Shown: one piece after another, positions 63,624-64,000 of the stretch
Layout: every line of letters begins with the position of its first letter
Numbering within the stretch: position 1 is the first letter of the stretch
Assembly (NCBI RefSeq): GCF_001194135.2
Contig: NC_068986.1
Coordinates: 2,486,348 to 2,550,347 of the forward strand
Source of the DNA: Octopus bimaculoides
Taxonomy: Eukaryota
Direction: 5' to 3'
Length of the DNA stretch: 64,000 nt
Program-made: the position numbers and the translations under genes
The notes under the pieces: model-generated
The model's database searches: none
Seen by the model: only the letters and a program-made list of their open reading frames with translations
What the model was told of the DNA's origin: nothing

Positions 63624-64000
63624 AATAAGATTAAGCAGAGACTAGTGCTTCATCATAGATTAGCTACTGTCATCTCAGCCTATGCACCTCAACCGGGGCT
63701 ACCAGATGGTCTGAAAGACCAATTCTATGACACCCTCTTGCAAACTACCTCGTCGACGAGTGACAGGGACCTTCTCTTTGTGGCTGGAGACTTCAACGGT
63801 CGTGTCGGACGTCGTGCTGGAGGCTTCCATGGCATACATGGAGGCTATGGCTTTGGTTCCCGCAACGAGGAGGGAACCAGACTGCTGGAGTTCTGTGATG
63901 CAACCGATCTTATGGTCTGCAATACCAACTTCAGGAAACCTGCCAGTCACCTAGTCACCTACCGCTCCGGCAGACACTCTAGCCAAATCGACTACATCCT
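63624..64000 (+). mobile_element. RTE LINE apurinic-like endonuclease domain, open to the window edge
   Basis: Stop-free frame: RLATVISAYAPQPGL...KDQFYDTL...LFVAGDFNGRVG...HGGYGFGSRNEEGTRLLEFCDATDLMVCNTNFRKPASHLVTYRSGRHSSQIDYIL, with the YAP, GDFN and IDYI motifs. Missed by the ORF track. Confidence 0.92.

Noticed and set aside
1-64000. Prokaryotic operon, phage or defence system
   Set aside because: The spliced gene, SINEs, LINEs and microsatellites show the DNA is eukaryotic, and there are no long intronless non-transposon ORFs.

Overview
Eukaryotic genomic DNA: AT-rich, dense in microsatellites and transposons, with seven assembly gaps. The SINE and repeat content points to an octopus or other coleoid cephalopod (inference). 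Bases 222-21522 hold the 3' part of an Integrator complex subunit 2 (INTS2) gene on the + strand. I traced 13 GT-AG exons by hand; their phases are consistent and they encode 688 aa plus the stop. The gene starts upstream of the window. The remaining ~42 kb has no confidently identifiable host gene. It is a mosaic of three tRNA-derived SINE families, RTE and R4/Dong-type LINE remnants, mariner and Tc1 relics, a TTAA-flanked piggyBac-type MITE family and microsatellites. There is also a weak candidate for the last two exons of a minus-strand gene near 63 kb. The most unusual structures are a 16-bp-repeat/short-spacer array joined to a mariner end (33.8-34.0 kb), a 274-bp palindrome downstream of INTS2, and several long inverted repeats inside INTS2 introns that could form dsRNA (candidate ADAR substrates). 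I found no convincing new multi-gene system. All alignments and translations were done by eye; no database searches were run.
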